In this document: in pieces, positions 47,642 through 64,000 of the stretch | Layout: each line of letters opens with the position of its first letter | Numbering within the stretch: the first letter of the stretch is position 1 | DNA from: Eledone cirrhosa | Lineage: Eukaryota | DNA length: 64,000 nucleotides | Assembly (NCBI GenBank): GCA_964016885.1 | Contig: OZ024741.1 | Span: forward strand, 101,494,001 to 101,558,000 | Reading direction: 5' to 3' | Notes under the pieces: model-generated | What the model was told of the DNA's origin: nothing | What the model saw: the letters and a program-made list of their open reading frames with translations, nothing else | Database searches by the model: none | Position numbers and translations under genes: made by a program

Positions 47642-50600
47642 CTATAATGAAATTAGAAAATTTAAATTTTTAACTAAAATTTTTTTAAAATTATTTTTGT
47701 TGTTGCTGTCAGTCTTTATCAAACAGATCTATGGCTGAAGATGTTCCAGCCTTGACCATCCCATTGTATTTTCAGATCTAGTATATATAGGATAACAATA
47801 GCCAATGTGTTCTTTTTATTTTAAGATGGTTGAGATAATTCAACCAGTTAGAAGCAGCAGCCAAATCATCCTCAAACTACAAAGATCACATTGGATAATG
47901 TTAGTCCTCAATACACAGCCTGAACATCTTTCATTATAGTAAGTCTGCTCAATCATGACTGACGTATGGTCAAAGGATTAAAAATAACAGCCAAGTAACT
48001 AGTCCATTCCTATTTAACACCTATCCTTTATTATAGTAGCAGTTAGGAGCTTATCTGTAACAACCAACTCTGACACTTGTTTAGAATTAATAACATTCAA
48101 CTAAATATAAATGTAACAACAAACACTGACACGCTAGTTTAGAATCAATAACATTCAAGTAAATATAGATGAAAAACATTCTTTATTAAGACTTGGGATA
48201 ATGAAAGCCATGTGAAATATAATTAGGAGGAGGGGAAATGATAAAACCAGATACTGACAATGACAATATTGATAAGCTGAAGAGATTAGGGAATTAGGAG
48301 GTAAGTTATGATAACATTGAATAAGTAAAGCATACAGTAATAGAAAAAAATAACATATCAATAATTTCTCAATTAAGCAGACTTAGATTTAACTCACTGA
48401 AAGAGTTTTGTTTGTGCATGCAGCCCTATGTGTGCACTGTGGTATTCTTTTATTTATTTATTTTTTAATAGTTTCGTTTCACTGCAGCCATGCTGGGGCA
48501 CAGCATTAAAACGCTTTTAGTTAATCATATCAACCCTAGTATTTATTTTTTCATGTTGGGTACTTATTTCATTGATTTCTTTTTGTCAAACTACTAATTT
48601 ACAGGACATAAACACAGGCACAAACACACATACATATATGTGTGTGTGTACATGATGAGCTTCTGCATACAAAATTTCACTCACAAGGCATTGGTCAACC
48701 TGAGGTTATAGTAGGCGACACTTGTGTGTTTGTGTACTGTGATATGTGTATGTTTGTACACTATGATATGTATGTTGTATGTATTGTGGTATGTGTCTGT
48801 ATTGAGGTTGTGTGTGCACTGCTGTGTATGTGTGTCTATTGTATCTATTGTATATGCGTGTGTGTGTGTATTAAGAAAACAAAGAAGCTGTCAAAGTGCA
48901 AAACTGATTTAAAAGGAAACGTTTTTGTGATAAAGGAAATTATTATTATTAAAATGGTGATTTGGCAGAGTTGGTGGAGCGTTGGACACCATGATTCGTA
49001 ACACAGAATTATGGCCCTTTACGTTGATTTCAGATCTCGCCAAGGTTAACTTTGCCCTTCATCCTTATGGGGGTTCAATGAAATAAAGTACCAGTTATAC
49101 ACTGAGGTCAATTTAATTGAATTTTCCCTCCCCCCAAATTTTTGGTCTTATTCATAAATCAGAATTATTAAAATGCTCGATGTATAACCTTCTATGTTTT
49201 GAGTTCAAATTCTGCTGAAGTCAACTCTACCTTTCATCCATTTGGAGTCAATAAAATAAAGTACCAGTCAATTACTGGGGTCTATATAATCGACTTTCTC
49301 CTTCCCCCAAACTGCTGCCTTTGTGTCAATGTTAGAATGAATTATTATTGTTATAGTTATGATTACATAACTTTGTTATATATAGTTACGTCCCTTTACG
49401 TTCTGTGTTCAAATCCCGCCGAGGTTGACTTTTCCTTTCATCCTTATGGGGTCGATAAAATAAAGCACCAGTAATGCACAGGGGTTGATTTAATCGACTT
49501 TTCCCTCCCTCCAAATTGACCTTGTGCCTAAATCAGAAACCATTATAGTTCTGATTATTCATCTACTATCTATCAATCTCTCTTCCAGAAAACAACACCA
49601 CTTCACAGAGTGGGCTGGGTGAATTTTATCATGGCACCAGCACAACCCTATTACAATAGTACAGTGCCCAGTGTGTCCTTGGTCAGGCTGTTAAGGCATT
49701 AAAAGGAGTGGAGGGGTGTTAAAATGAGGGGTGCAGGTTGTATGCTGCTTGCTAGGGGGGGGGGGGGGGTTATTCTACCATGAGAGAGGAAGTATTGAGT
49801 CAATTGGGTGGCCTTGAAGCAAGTGGGATGCGCTTAACTTATTAATGAGATGTGGTGGAGGAGGTTAAAAAAGCATCACATACACTCATGCAATAGACAT
49901 GTAGACACATACAGCTACATATATACACATTAACTCAAATGCATACTCATAAATCTCTGGAACAGTCTTGTCTCAAACATGATAAGTAGAGAGAGATCGT
50001 GCTGAGAAAGACCCTTCCAAACCATGTAAGCGTGGAAAAACGGACATAAACGATGATGATGAACCAGTTTTAGTCTTGTAAAAGTAATTTCTATATAATA
50101 TATATATATATATATATTGTACTTATATAGAAGGCACACATATATGTGCCCCCCCCTCACTCCATATACGTCTATATAAACACGTAGAAGTTAAAGTGAA
50201 ACATCTTATTTTCCTCGATTCATCTGATTCTATCACTGCTGTTTTGAAAAGCTCTTCAAGTAATGTAAAATCATCCTTCTCCCAACACCCTGTTTGGTCT
50301 AGTAATATACTTTACAAAACAGTTCAATGAAAGAAAAAAAAAATATATATATATATATACACTTTACTATTTGAGGTCCCATAATATTGTTCTGTTTCAA
50401 AAGCACTTCTCAAAGACAATGACACAGGATAGAGATCCTTGGGACTATGCAGTAATACAGAACATCTGCCTTTCCATGCACATGGATTGACGCATACATT
50501 AATATACACCTCTTAACCACTATCCTCCCTTCCCATTCCATACACCTCCCATGCCCTAACACCCCACCCACATCTGATCGCACCACTTTTCTCCCATGCC

Positions 50601-51064
50601 TTTACGCACCTGCCCCAATCCCCAGTCCACACTGGTCATTGGTATCACAACAAAAAGCACCCAGCCCACTGTAAGGTGGTCGTGTAGTGTCATGAGGAAA
50701 AGAACCCAGCACACACTGTAAATTTGGTTGGCATTAGGAAGGGCATCTAGTTGTAAAGACTAAGTCAAGAACAGTTCTGTATGAGCAGGTCACCTGACCC
50801 GACTTGTTTCAAATGAAACAACCCATCTAACCCATGCTAGTGTGTAAAATAGATGTTAAACAATGATATATATATATAAGAAAATGAGTTGTTTTTTTTC
50901 TAAAAGAGATGTCCCACATGGGTGAAAGTATAAGGGAAAGAAATTGAAAATGCAACTCAAGTCTCTTAAGAATATTTATTTATTTACCGGTTTCACAGTT
51001 CTTATGATCTTCAAAAGTAAAATTGAGATGGAGGGTTTGTGTTTTTGATGTGGTTTATATATAT

Positions 51065-52520
51065 ATGTACAAACGTCAGGAAAATAAACAGTGCATGAGT
51101 CATGATATACACGTGTGCATGTGTATGGAAGGGGTAGATCAGGTGTAGTTTTGGCAAATTTCTGGAAGCATGAGGGTGTTAAAGGATGCAGTGTCTCGGC
51201 AGCTAACAACTGACGCAGGCAGTTTGTTCCATGCTTCAGCAACTCTGAGCGTGAAAAAATGTTTCCAAAAGTCATGGGAGTTGTGCTGTTTTCTGATTTT
51301 GTAGGCATGTTCACGTGTGTTTGACACATGGAGATCAAAAGGGTGCTCAGGGTTGTTGTTGGTGAGATGGTTAATAACTTTGTGGGTGTTTACCAAGTCC
51401 ATTGCCAGACGTCGGAGCTTCAATGAATCCATGCCCAGGGAAGCAAAGCGTCCAGAGTATAGTAGATGTCTGATGGAGGGTATGCGCTTGGTTGCACGTC
51501 TCTGAACAGTTTCCAGGAAGTCAATGTTCTGAGCAAGATAGGGGTTCCAGACTGATGATGCAAATTTCAAGTGTGGTCGTACCATAGCTTATACAGCTTT
51601 AAATAGATGGCTGGAGAGCGGCTAACAAAGGTCTTGCTGAGTGATGCCAAGACACCCTCGGCCTTCTTGACAATCTTAGAGACATGCTTTGTCCAACGCA
51701 AATCGCTGCTGACAGTAATGCCCAGGTCACATTCACAAGAGGACTTCTTGATATCAGTGTTGTGGAGGGAGTATGTGGACGCTGGATTTTTCCTCTCAAA
51801 ATGCATGGTGGTACACTTGTCCACAGCCAGCTTCAGTTGCCAGTCTGTTATCCATTGCTGCATTGTGTCCAGGTCTCATTGTAGGAAAGAGTTATAGATT
51901 TCAGGATCAGTCTTTTTGATTTCAAGGTACAGCTTGATGTTATCTGCATATTTCAGTACCGTGGCATTCTTTAAGTTGGCATCTATGTCATTAATATATG
52001 CCACAAACAAAAGGGGACCAAGAACAGATCCCTGTGGTACACCAGATGACATCTCATATGGTGAAGAATGCTATCCTAGAACCGTGACTACCTCTTTTCG
52101 GCTGAGAATGAAGGATTTCAACCAGTTAAAAAGATCATCCCTCACAACCATTGCAGACAGTTTTGCCATAAGTCTTGTGTGTGGCACAGAATTAAAAGCC
52201 TTAGCGAAGTCAAGGTAAACAACATCCACCCATGAGCCGCTGTCAGTGATCCGGGTAATGTCCTCAAGGAACTCGATAAGCTGATCACAGCAGCTGGAGT
52301 TACGGATAAATCCAAACTGCAAGAGCCGGATGAGGCTGTGAGAGCTCCAGAAGTTCCAAAGTGTTTCTCTGACACAGGATTCTATCAGTTTGGCAATACA
52401 GCTAGTAAGACTGACTGGACGATAGTTGACAGGTGACGTGCGGTCACCCTTTTTGAACAGGGGAATGACACTGGCAGTTTTCCACTGCTCTGGAGTAGCA
52501 CCATTGTTGAGACAGTTTTA
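51065..52520 (-). mobile_element. CR1/Jockey-group LINE, RT to 3' end, frameshifted
   Basis: QFGF, VDVVYLDFAKAF, GVPQGSVLGPLLF, YADN, VRPHL...VQRRATK, RVAEAWNKLP. Confidence 0.92.
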
Positions 52521-53379
52521 CAGTAAAACTAGAAACGTAGTCTATAGCATAAGATGTACAGAGGGTACTTGCAGAAACATGACAACAACATACATAGGCG
52601 AGACAGCTCGTAGCATAGGTGAAAGGATAGACCAACACTGGGGGGAACTAAAAGGACGAAAAAACAGGTCAGTACTATACGAACATGCCAAACAACAAAA
52701 CGACGGTAACATAGACAACATAGAAATTAGAATAATATCTAAACATAGAAATGACCCAGCAGATAGGCAAATCAGAGAGGCCAGTGAAATAGAAATTAGA
52801 AGACCAAGACTAAACAGAAAGAATGAATGGCATAACAACAACACCCAAACAAACAACAGGGACCTAAGAGAAGTATAAATAAATAAATAAATACATACAC
52901 AAGCACAATAACAACAAACACATATAAACACACACTAGTAAACATAGAATACATTAACAATACACAGTCACCCAATCACGAACACACATCAAACAAAACA
53001 CTATACACATGCACAGAGAAGACAAAATAAAATAAACAAACAAACAAATAATTAAATAAATATATAAACAGACTAAATAAAGATGGCGTAGAAATACGAT
53101 GCAAGGGGAGGAATCTATAGCACCACTGACGATGTTGCAGACGTGCAACAAAAGAACTTTGATGAACTATATATAAGTGTTTGTGTCTATATTGTATCTG
53201 TATTATTTTTGACTGTTGGTCAGTCAATGGCAACATTGAGGACCGAATAAATTAGATTACCGATATAAAAGATACAGAAGCGAAAAGTGAAAACCAACCA
53301 ACCAACCAAACAGTGAGTGTGTTCTGTTATTAATTCTGGCAATATTACACAAATATGAGCCTCTCCAAGTATAACAACA

Positions 53380-53380
<1 letters not shown>
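52521..53380 (+). mobile_element. Penelope-like element 3' part: GIY-YIG endonuclease + 3' pLTR
   Basis: NVVYSIRC..C..YIGETAR..RIDQH..EH..RQIREA..LNR in ORF 52426-52878; degenerate hammerhead at 53121-53164; ends in (TA)n. Confidence 0.88.
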
Positions 53381-56998
<3,618 letters not shown>

Positions 56999-57133
56999 TG
57001 TAAAGTTATATTTAAAAAAATTGTTGGGTTACAACTAGTAAATATTTATAACTGATATAAAAGCACTCGACAAATATTTGGAGTATATTTACAATATTAA
57101 ATAAATGGAAAACTATATTTATAAAACCATATT

Positions 57134-57199
57134 TATTTCATTATATATATTTCGGGGATATCATATTAACAATATGCTATGCCTTCATCAGACAAAATA
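57134..57199 (-). ncRNA. Type I hammerhead ribozyme in 3' pLTR
   Basis: Reverse complement of 61373-61438. Confidence 0.72.
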
Positions 57200-58828
57200 C
57201 AATATAAACAGTTGTATAGATAAATATATTCGACATACCGTAATAAACATCGACTTCATTTGAAGAGGTTTACGCTATCAGTGAAAATTTTATACAGAGA
57301 GAAAGAAAGAGAGAAAAAAAAAGAGAGAAAAAAGAAAGAAAGACAAAACGAAGAAAAGGAAGAAAAGAAGAAAAAGGAAAAGAAGAAATGCAGAAATGCA
57401 TGGAACAAAATAGAGAGATGGAAAAATAGATAAAGCGAAGAGCTTCATGTAAAGAAACAGAAAGATATATATATATATATAGAGAGAGAGAGGAAATAGA
57501 GATAGATACATATATATATATAGAAAATTAGGTAGTGGGAGGTCATTTTGAGTAAGTGTATCAATGATACATTTATTTATTTATTTATTTATTTATTTAG
57601 CTCAAGTATTAATGTAAGGGAGATATATAGAGAGAGAAAAAAAAAAATTTAAAAATAGCCAGACATATTCGAGGCGTAGAAAACCCTATGTTTTAATGTA
57701 TTAGTACTTATAAAACTTACACTATATTGTAAATATCAGTATTCCTGAATGAAACAAGTATCCATAATGTGTGAAAATTCATTATCTTATGTTTAGTTTT
57801 ATAAAATTCATATGTTTATGTGATAGCTACAAACATCCATGTGAATCCAACTGATTCACTCTGCAAACTCTAGGTTACCGGAAAACATTCTCATTGTGGT
57901 ATAAAAATTTGAGCGTATTATTATTCCTGCGATTACTCTACAAGATTATCTATCAAGCAGAAATAGAGAGCAGATTTCAATATACTAATAAAAATATATA
58001 TTATATTATAAACAAAACTAAAAATAAAAAGATAACAATAATAATAATTGTTTCTACTTTAGGCACAAGGCCAGCAATTATCCCAGTGTATTACTGGTAC
58101 TTTATTTTATCGACCCCGTAAGGATGAAAGGCAAAGTCAATAATAATAATAATAAGTAAAAATATAGAATAGAAAACTAAAAAAATAAAAAAATATTAAA
58201 CTAAAAAAATATTACGAAAGAATATTACATAATAAAAATATTGCATACTAAAAATACTACGTATTAAAAAATATTACGTATTAAAAATTTACATATTAAA
58301 GATATTAAAAATATTAAAAATGAAAATAAAAAATAAAAAATATTATAGAATACTACAATACTAAAAAAAAAATATTATAGAATACTACAATACTAAAAAA
58401 AATATAAAAATAAAAATAAAAATAAAAATAAAAATAAAAATAAACCACAAAGAACAACCCTTCAAAGTTAATTGACAATATATTGCCAAGTTCATTACAA
58501 GACAAAGCCAAAAATTATCTATCAAATCACATCTAGCAAAGAACATTTCAAAAAGATTATGATGTCCAATTACGTCTACATATGTTCTTATATTTAATAT
58601 AGAAGTTTATCTAGTGTAAGGTTAATTCAAAAAATTTGGAGCATCGGCTTTTAGGCTAGCTTAATTTTTCATGAGGAATGTTTAGATAAAAATAAAAATA
58701 AAAATAAAAATAAATAAAATAAAATAAAAATAAACAATAAAAAAAGAGTAAAAAGAGGGAATCAAAGATTTAGGAGTCAAAAAATTTATCGGCTAGTTCT
58801 CATATAAATATAAATCAAACTAAATATA

Positions 58829-60255
58829 CTACATTTTAAATTTAAATTTATATTTAAACGTTGAGTTTAATCTATGTTTGCAACAACTGAATAAATTTGT
58901 CCGTAGGTTAAGGGAATTTTTAGATTTTAGTATAAAGAATATCTCCTCTGCGCAGAGGTCACATGTCTCAGAGGATGAATTAAAAGGAATCCCTCTTGAG
59001 ACTATATTCCAAGCCGTCGAATATCTAACGTTATCTAGCTTAAGTTGCCAGAGTACGCCTGATAGTGCCGCTGAAGATTTTTTACTTGGATCTGTGAAAG
59101 AATTCTTGTGGTTATTATAGCGAAGTTTAAATTCCGTCGATGTGGAACCGACGTAGTTAAAAGAATTAGAGTCAGTATTAACATTACAATTGTATACTAT
59201 ATTTTTAACTAAGCAGTTGTTATTTAACGGACATTTAGATCTATCTCTACAGTTACATTTGTTAACTTGTATATTATTTATGCTATTATCAGTAGGTTTT
59301 AAGTTCCTATTATTTATTCTATTAATATTTTGTGCTAAATTTTTGGTGGATGAGTAGGTTAATTTAATTGTATGCCTATTGAAGATTGAGTGATACCTAT
59401 GTGTTCTAGGGAAGCGATTATCAAGAGCTTTGAAAAATAATTTAGCGATGTGGGTTTTAATGTTTAGTGAGAAAGGGGGGGGGGCAAACCAAATTATGTT
59501 CCTAGTTCTATTTCTTTTTTGTCCTTTGGAATTATTGTAATGCTTTCTATTATAGTTGTTAATGTTGTTGCCGTAATTAAAAAAGTTGTTACTTTGTTTA
59601 GTTTGTCTATCATTATCTATGTACACAATCTTATCAGTATACCCTGCCCTAGCTAGTGCATCATTATAGTACTGGGCCTTTTCGTCAAAAATCTTTCTAT
59701 TCGACGAGATCCTAGAGATACGTTTTTGGACTGAGTTTACTATAGTGTTTTTGACAGATCTGGGGTGGTTAGAGTTAAAGTTGACATAGTTTAAGTTTTC
59801 ATTCAACTTGTGAAAAGGATAGTGGAGACATGTGTTGAGATTTAATGTTATATCTAGGAAATTGACTATTCTATGGTTGTTCTCAATTTCTATTTTAAGG
59901 TTAAAGTAATTAAAAAATTTTGTAATTTGTTTACATTTTCTATTTAGTTCAGGGTTATTATTATTAATAAGTAAAAGCATGTCATCCCTATATAAACCTC
60001 CGGTAGTACCAGGTATTTTCCTATGTAGCGAATTGATTAAAAATAAGCCCACAAGGTCAGTTACCTGAGCTGAGTCGGAAGATCCCATAGTTATGTCAAA
60101 ATTGCTATCTCTATCTGCTCTGGTCCATAATTTGTCATTAAATTCTATCAAAGTTTTCCTAGCCGATAATATAATATGCATTTCTTTGCTAGTTAGGTCC
60201 GTATGTTTGAATGCGTAATTTAGTGCCTTATTTAGTAGACTAGGGGTAATAGAAG
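58829..60255 (-). CDS. PLE reverse transcriptase (C-terminal part) + GIY-YIG endonuclease, uninterrupted
   Basis: ITMGS, GLYRDD, NFLDITL, SNHP, CNC..CPL..C, IVY..YVG..RY..H, CDLCAEE..LN.R..CKH; frame stays open upstream to SITPSLLNKAL. Confidence 0.93.
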
Positions 60256-61372
60256 AAGAATATTTATTTTTATTTTTATATTTTTTTTAGTATTGTAGTA
60301 TTCTATAATATTTTTTTTTTTAGTATTGTAGTATTCTATAATATTTTTTATTTTTTATTTTCATTTTTAATATTTTTAATATCTTTAATATGTAAATTTT
60401 TAATACGTAATATTTTTTAATACGTAGTATTTTTAGTATGCAATGTTTTTATTATGTAATATTCTTTCGTAATATTTTTTTAGTTTAATATTTTTTTATT
60501 TTTCTATTCTATATTTTTACTTATTATTATTATTATTGTTATCTTTTTATTTTTAGTTTTGTTTATAATATAATATATATTTTTATTAGTATATTGAAAT
60601 CTGCTCTCTATTTCTGCTTGATAGATAATCTTGTAGAGTAATCGCAGGAATAATAATACGCTCAAATTTTTATACCACAATGAGAATGTTTTCCGGTAAC
60701 CTAGAGTTTGCAGAGTGAATCAGTTGGATTCACATGGATGTTTGTAGCTGTCACATAAACATATGAATTTTATAAAACTAAACATAAGATAATGAATTTT
60801 CACACATTATGGATACTTGTTTCATTCAGGAATACTGATATTTACAATATAGTGTAAGTTTTATAAATACTAATACATTAAAACATAGGGTTTTCTACGC
60901 CTCGAATATGTCTGGCTATTTTTAAATTTTTTTTCTCTCTCTATATATCTCCCTTACATTAATACTTGAGCTAAATAAATAAATAAATAAATAAATAAAT
61001 GTATCATTGATACACTTACTCAAAATGACCTCCCACTACCTAATTTTCTATATATATATATGTATCTATCTCTATTTCCTCTCTCTCTCTATATATATAT
61101 ATATATCTCTTTCTGTTTCTTTACATGAAGCCCTTCGCTTTATCTATTTTTCCATCTCTCTATTTTGTTCCATGCATTTCTGCATTTCTTCTTTTCCTTT
61201 TTCTTCTTTTCTTCCTTTTCTTCGTTTTGTCTTTCTTTCTTTTTTCTCTTTTTTTTTTCTCTCTTTCTTTCTCTCTGTATAAAATTTTCACTGCTAGCGT
61301 AAACCTCTTCAAATGAAGTCGCTGTTTATTACGGTATGTCGAATATATTTATCTATAAAACTGTTTATATTG

Positions 61373-61438
61373 TATTTTGTCTGATGAAGGCATAGCATAT
61401 TGTTAATATGATATCCCCGAAATATATATAATGAAATA
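61373..61438 (+). ncRNA. Type I hammerhead ribozyme in the inverted pLTR
   Basis: TATTTTGT-CTGATGA-AGGCATAGCATATT-GTT-AATATGATATCCCC-GAAA-TATATA-TA-ATGAAATA. Confidence 0.72.
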
Positions 61439-61482
61439 AATATGGTTTTATAAATATAGTTTTCCATTTATTTAATATTGTA

Positions 61483-61492
61483 TATATATACA

Positions 61493-61544
<52 letters not shown>

Positions 61545-61555
61545 CATATATATAC

Positions 61556-61588
<33 letters not shown>

Positions 61589-61615
61589 CATATATATATA
61601 CACATATATATATAC

Positions 61616-61648
<33 letters not shown>

Positions 61649-61681
61649 CATATATATATACACATATATATATACATATAC

Positions 61682-61740
<59 letters not shown>

Positions 61741-61840
61741 TATATACACATATATATATACATATACATATATATGTATACATATATATATACATATACA
61801 TATATATATATACATATATATATACACATATATATATACA
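61483..61840. repeat. (TA)n/(TACA) microsatellite
   Basis: Direct inspection. Confidence 0.97.
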
Positions 61841-62354
61841 CGTTGTTGCCATAGTAATAGTAATACTATAGTAGTTGTAGTAGTAGCAGTAACCCCTTAA
61901 CACGTTGTTGCCATAGTAATAGTAATACTATAGTAGTTGTAGTAGTAAGAGAACAAAAGGTTTGTTGTACAAACTTTTGTTCCATTTTTCTGTTGTTGTT
62001 GTTGTTGTTGTTTACAGTGACGGGGGGGGGAGGAGCTAAAAACAACAACATTATCTCTGTTGTTAGTAATATAGTTGTTTCTGCTTTGGGCACAGGGCCA
62101 GCGGTTTTCCAGTGCATTGCTGGTGCTTTGTTTTGTCGACCCCGTGGGGATGGGGGGCAAAGTCGGCCTCGGCGGGATTTGGGCTCAGATCGTGGAGGGA
62201 CGTAACTATGCTGGAAAGCATGGCGTCCGACCCTCTGCCGATACTGCCAATCCACCGCGTTAGTAATATAATTATAATTATTTCTACCAGGCAGAAGGCC
62301 AAATATAGTTTACGATGTGGAGACGATAGGGGGAAGGGGGGGACTCAGTCTAGT

Positions 62355-62358
62355 ACTG

Positions 62359-62393
<35 letters not shown>

Positions 62394-62620
62394 ATTGCTA
62401 GCTGCTATTGCAGCTGTAGTTGCTGCTGCTATTGCTACAACTACTATTGCAACTATAGTTACTACAACAACTGCTGCTGCTACTACTATTGCAACTATAG
62501 TTGCTACTACTATTGCTGCAACTGCTATTGCAGCTATAATTGCTGCAACAGCTACTACTGCTGCTGCTATTACTAACTACTATTGCAACTATAATTGCGA
62601 CAACTACTGCTACCACCACC
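62355..62620. repeat. (CTG)n/(CTA)n/(TTG) mixed trinucleotide low-complexity tract
   Basis: Direct inspection. Confidence 0.9.
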
Positions 62621-63897
62621 AATATTGACGCTACGATGAAAGTCCAAATTAAACCGACCCCAATAGTAGACTGGTAGTTCATTTAATCCCACCGCTAGAA
62701 GTTTAAAAGTTGATCTGGGCACGTAAAGAGATTTTGCACGAATACCACAAGACACTTTCTGTTCGAAACTCTGCCGATTCTGCCAACCCATTCTATTTTC
62801 TAACATAAGCATAAGGCAGGCCGCACATTTTAGAGGGACGGGTCGGGGTATACTGTGGTTTTTAAACAAGATTCCCTCAGTATTTAACTGGTATCTGCTT
62901 TTTAAAGTTTGTATTTGACCAGAAGAGCTATTTCGATAAGGATAATAATTATACTACTACTGCTACTGCTACTTCTACTACTACTACTAATGGTTTCTGA
63001 TTTGGAGACAGGGCCAGCAATGTTGATTAAATCAACCCAGTGCGTTGCTGGTACTTTGGTTTGTCGACCCGGTGGGGATGAAGGGCAAAGTTTTGAACCC
63101 AAAACGTAAAGAACCGTTGATGATTTTCTACTTAAGACACAAGACCAGTAATTTGGGGAGAGGTGAAAGTCGATTAAATCGACACCAGTGCTTTATAAAA
63201 GTACTACTACTACTAATACTAGTTAATAGGTGTAAAAGTTTGTTTGTTTTTAACTTAGAGGCACAAGACCACAAGTTCTTAAAGTTAGGATGCTCTGTTT
63301 TAGTTGGTTTTAAGTACCCCCTGACCAAGGCCACACTGTGGTGACATGAAGGGTGGGGTTGGCATATGAAACGTCTATTTATTAGTACCTGATTGGTACT
63401 TTTCTTTCCTTTATAGATCGACCCGGCGGGATCTGAACTAAGAACGTTGTGTCCATGACTAAATAAAGACAAGTATATTGTCTGACGGGCGCTCTACCAG
63501 TTATGCCCCAATATTTCTGATATATATCTTTATCACAAGGACGTTGAGTATGGACATCATACAAAAGAAAAATATAAAAAATTAAAAATAAATAACAAAA
63601 TGTGAGGGAGCGAGAGTGGGGGGTGGGTGGTATATAGAAATCTTGTAGGGGAGGGGGGCACTAAAAATAATCGATTCGAAGGATCAATTGATTAGATCAA
63701 TCCTGGAAGTATAAAAGACAAAAGTTGATTTCACCGGTATTTGAACTGAAAAACGTAACGAGACAAACAGAACAAACACTACAAGTTATTTTGTCCGACG
63801 CTCTAACGATTCTAATGATATATAATGACACAGACACAACACTTTGTAAGGGTCGATTTAATATATATATATAATTAAGTTTGTATGTACATGTGTG

Positions 63898-63929
<32 letters not shown>

Positions 63930-64000
63930 GATATATGTAAATATAATTGAGTTTGTATGTGCGTGTGTGTATATATATAGACATATAAGTATACGCATGG

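Larger units (their letters stand above)
56999..61482 (-). mobile_element. Penelope-like element (Naiad-type), 5'-truncated, with inverted pseudo-LTRs
   Basis: ORF 58829-60181; inverted repeat about 57090-58420 vs 60261-61482; 90-bp unpaired tail 56999-57089; (TA)n on both sides. Confidence 0.93.

Noticed and set aside
52426-52878. Single ORF as a CR1/GIY-YIG fusion protein
   Set aside because: The first ~30 codons are antisense CR1 sequence; the ORF merely crosses the junction of two elements.
58620-58680. SECIS-like hairpin (ATGA..AAA..TGA) downstream of the Naiad-type ORF
   Set aside because: The AA motif is about 16 nt from ATGA rather than 11-12, and the surviving ORF has no in-frame TGA.
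62112-62682. Poly-Ala/Cys/Ser ORFs
   Set aside because: Products of a SINE plus trinucleotide repeats.

Overview
AT-rich, repeat-dense metazoan genomic DNA, most likely an octopus/coleoid cephalopod (inferred from abundant RTE LINEs with (GAT)n tails, tRNA-derived SINEs and very long (TA)n tracts). Two convergent intron-containing host genes were reconstructed by hand. On +, seven phase-consistent exons (2977-33933) encode a K/E-rich linker followed by what looks like a catalytically dead DEDDy/RNase D-type 3'-5' exonuclease domain. On -, exons 2-5 of cornichon (47641-35926) are present; exon 1 appears to lie beyond the window. Introns are packed with mobile DNA: a GC-rich LTR retrotransposon (1-2937), an internally deleted Ty3/Gypsy, about ten RTE copies, CR1 fragments, Penelope-like elements (one Naiad-type with 1.2-1.3 kb inverted pseudo-LTRs), SINEs, hAT and piggyBac MITEs and Helitron-like ends. 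Highlights: (1) the LTR element at the left edge has no TGG primer-binding site; the 12 nt abutting its LTR are exactly complementary to the first 12 nt of metazoan tRNA-Phe. (2) Several hammerhead ribozymes from different Penelope-like families sit next to (TA)n tracts, including a ~380-bp non-coding miniature with covarying stems. (3) The pseudo-exonuclease host gene. All calls are by eye; no searches were run.
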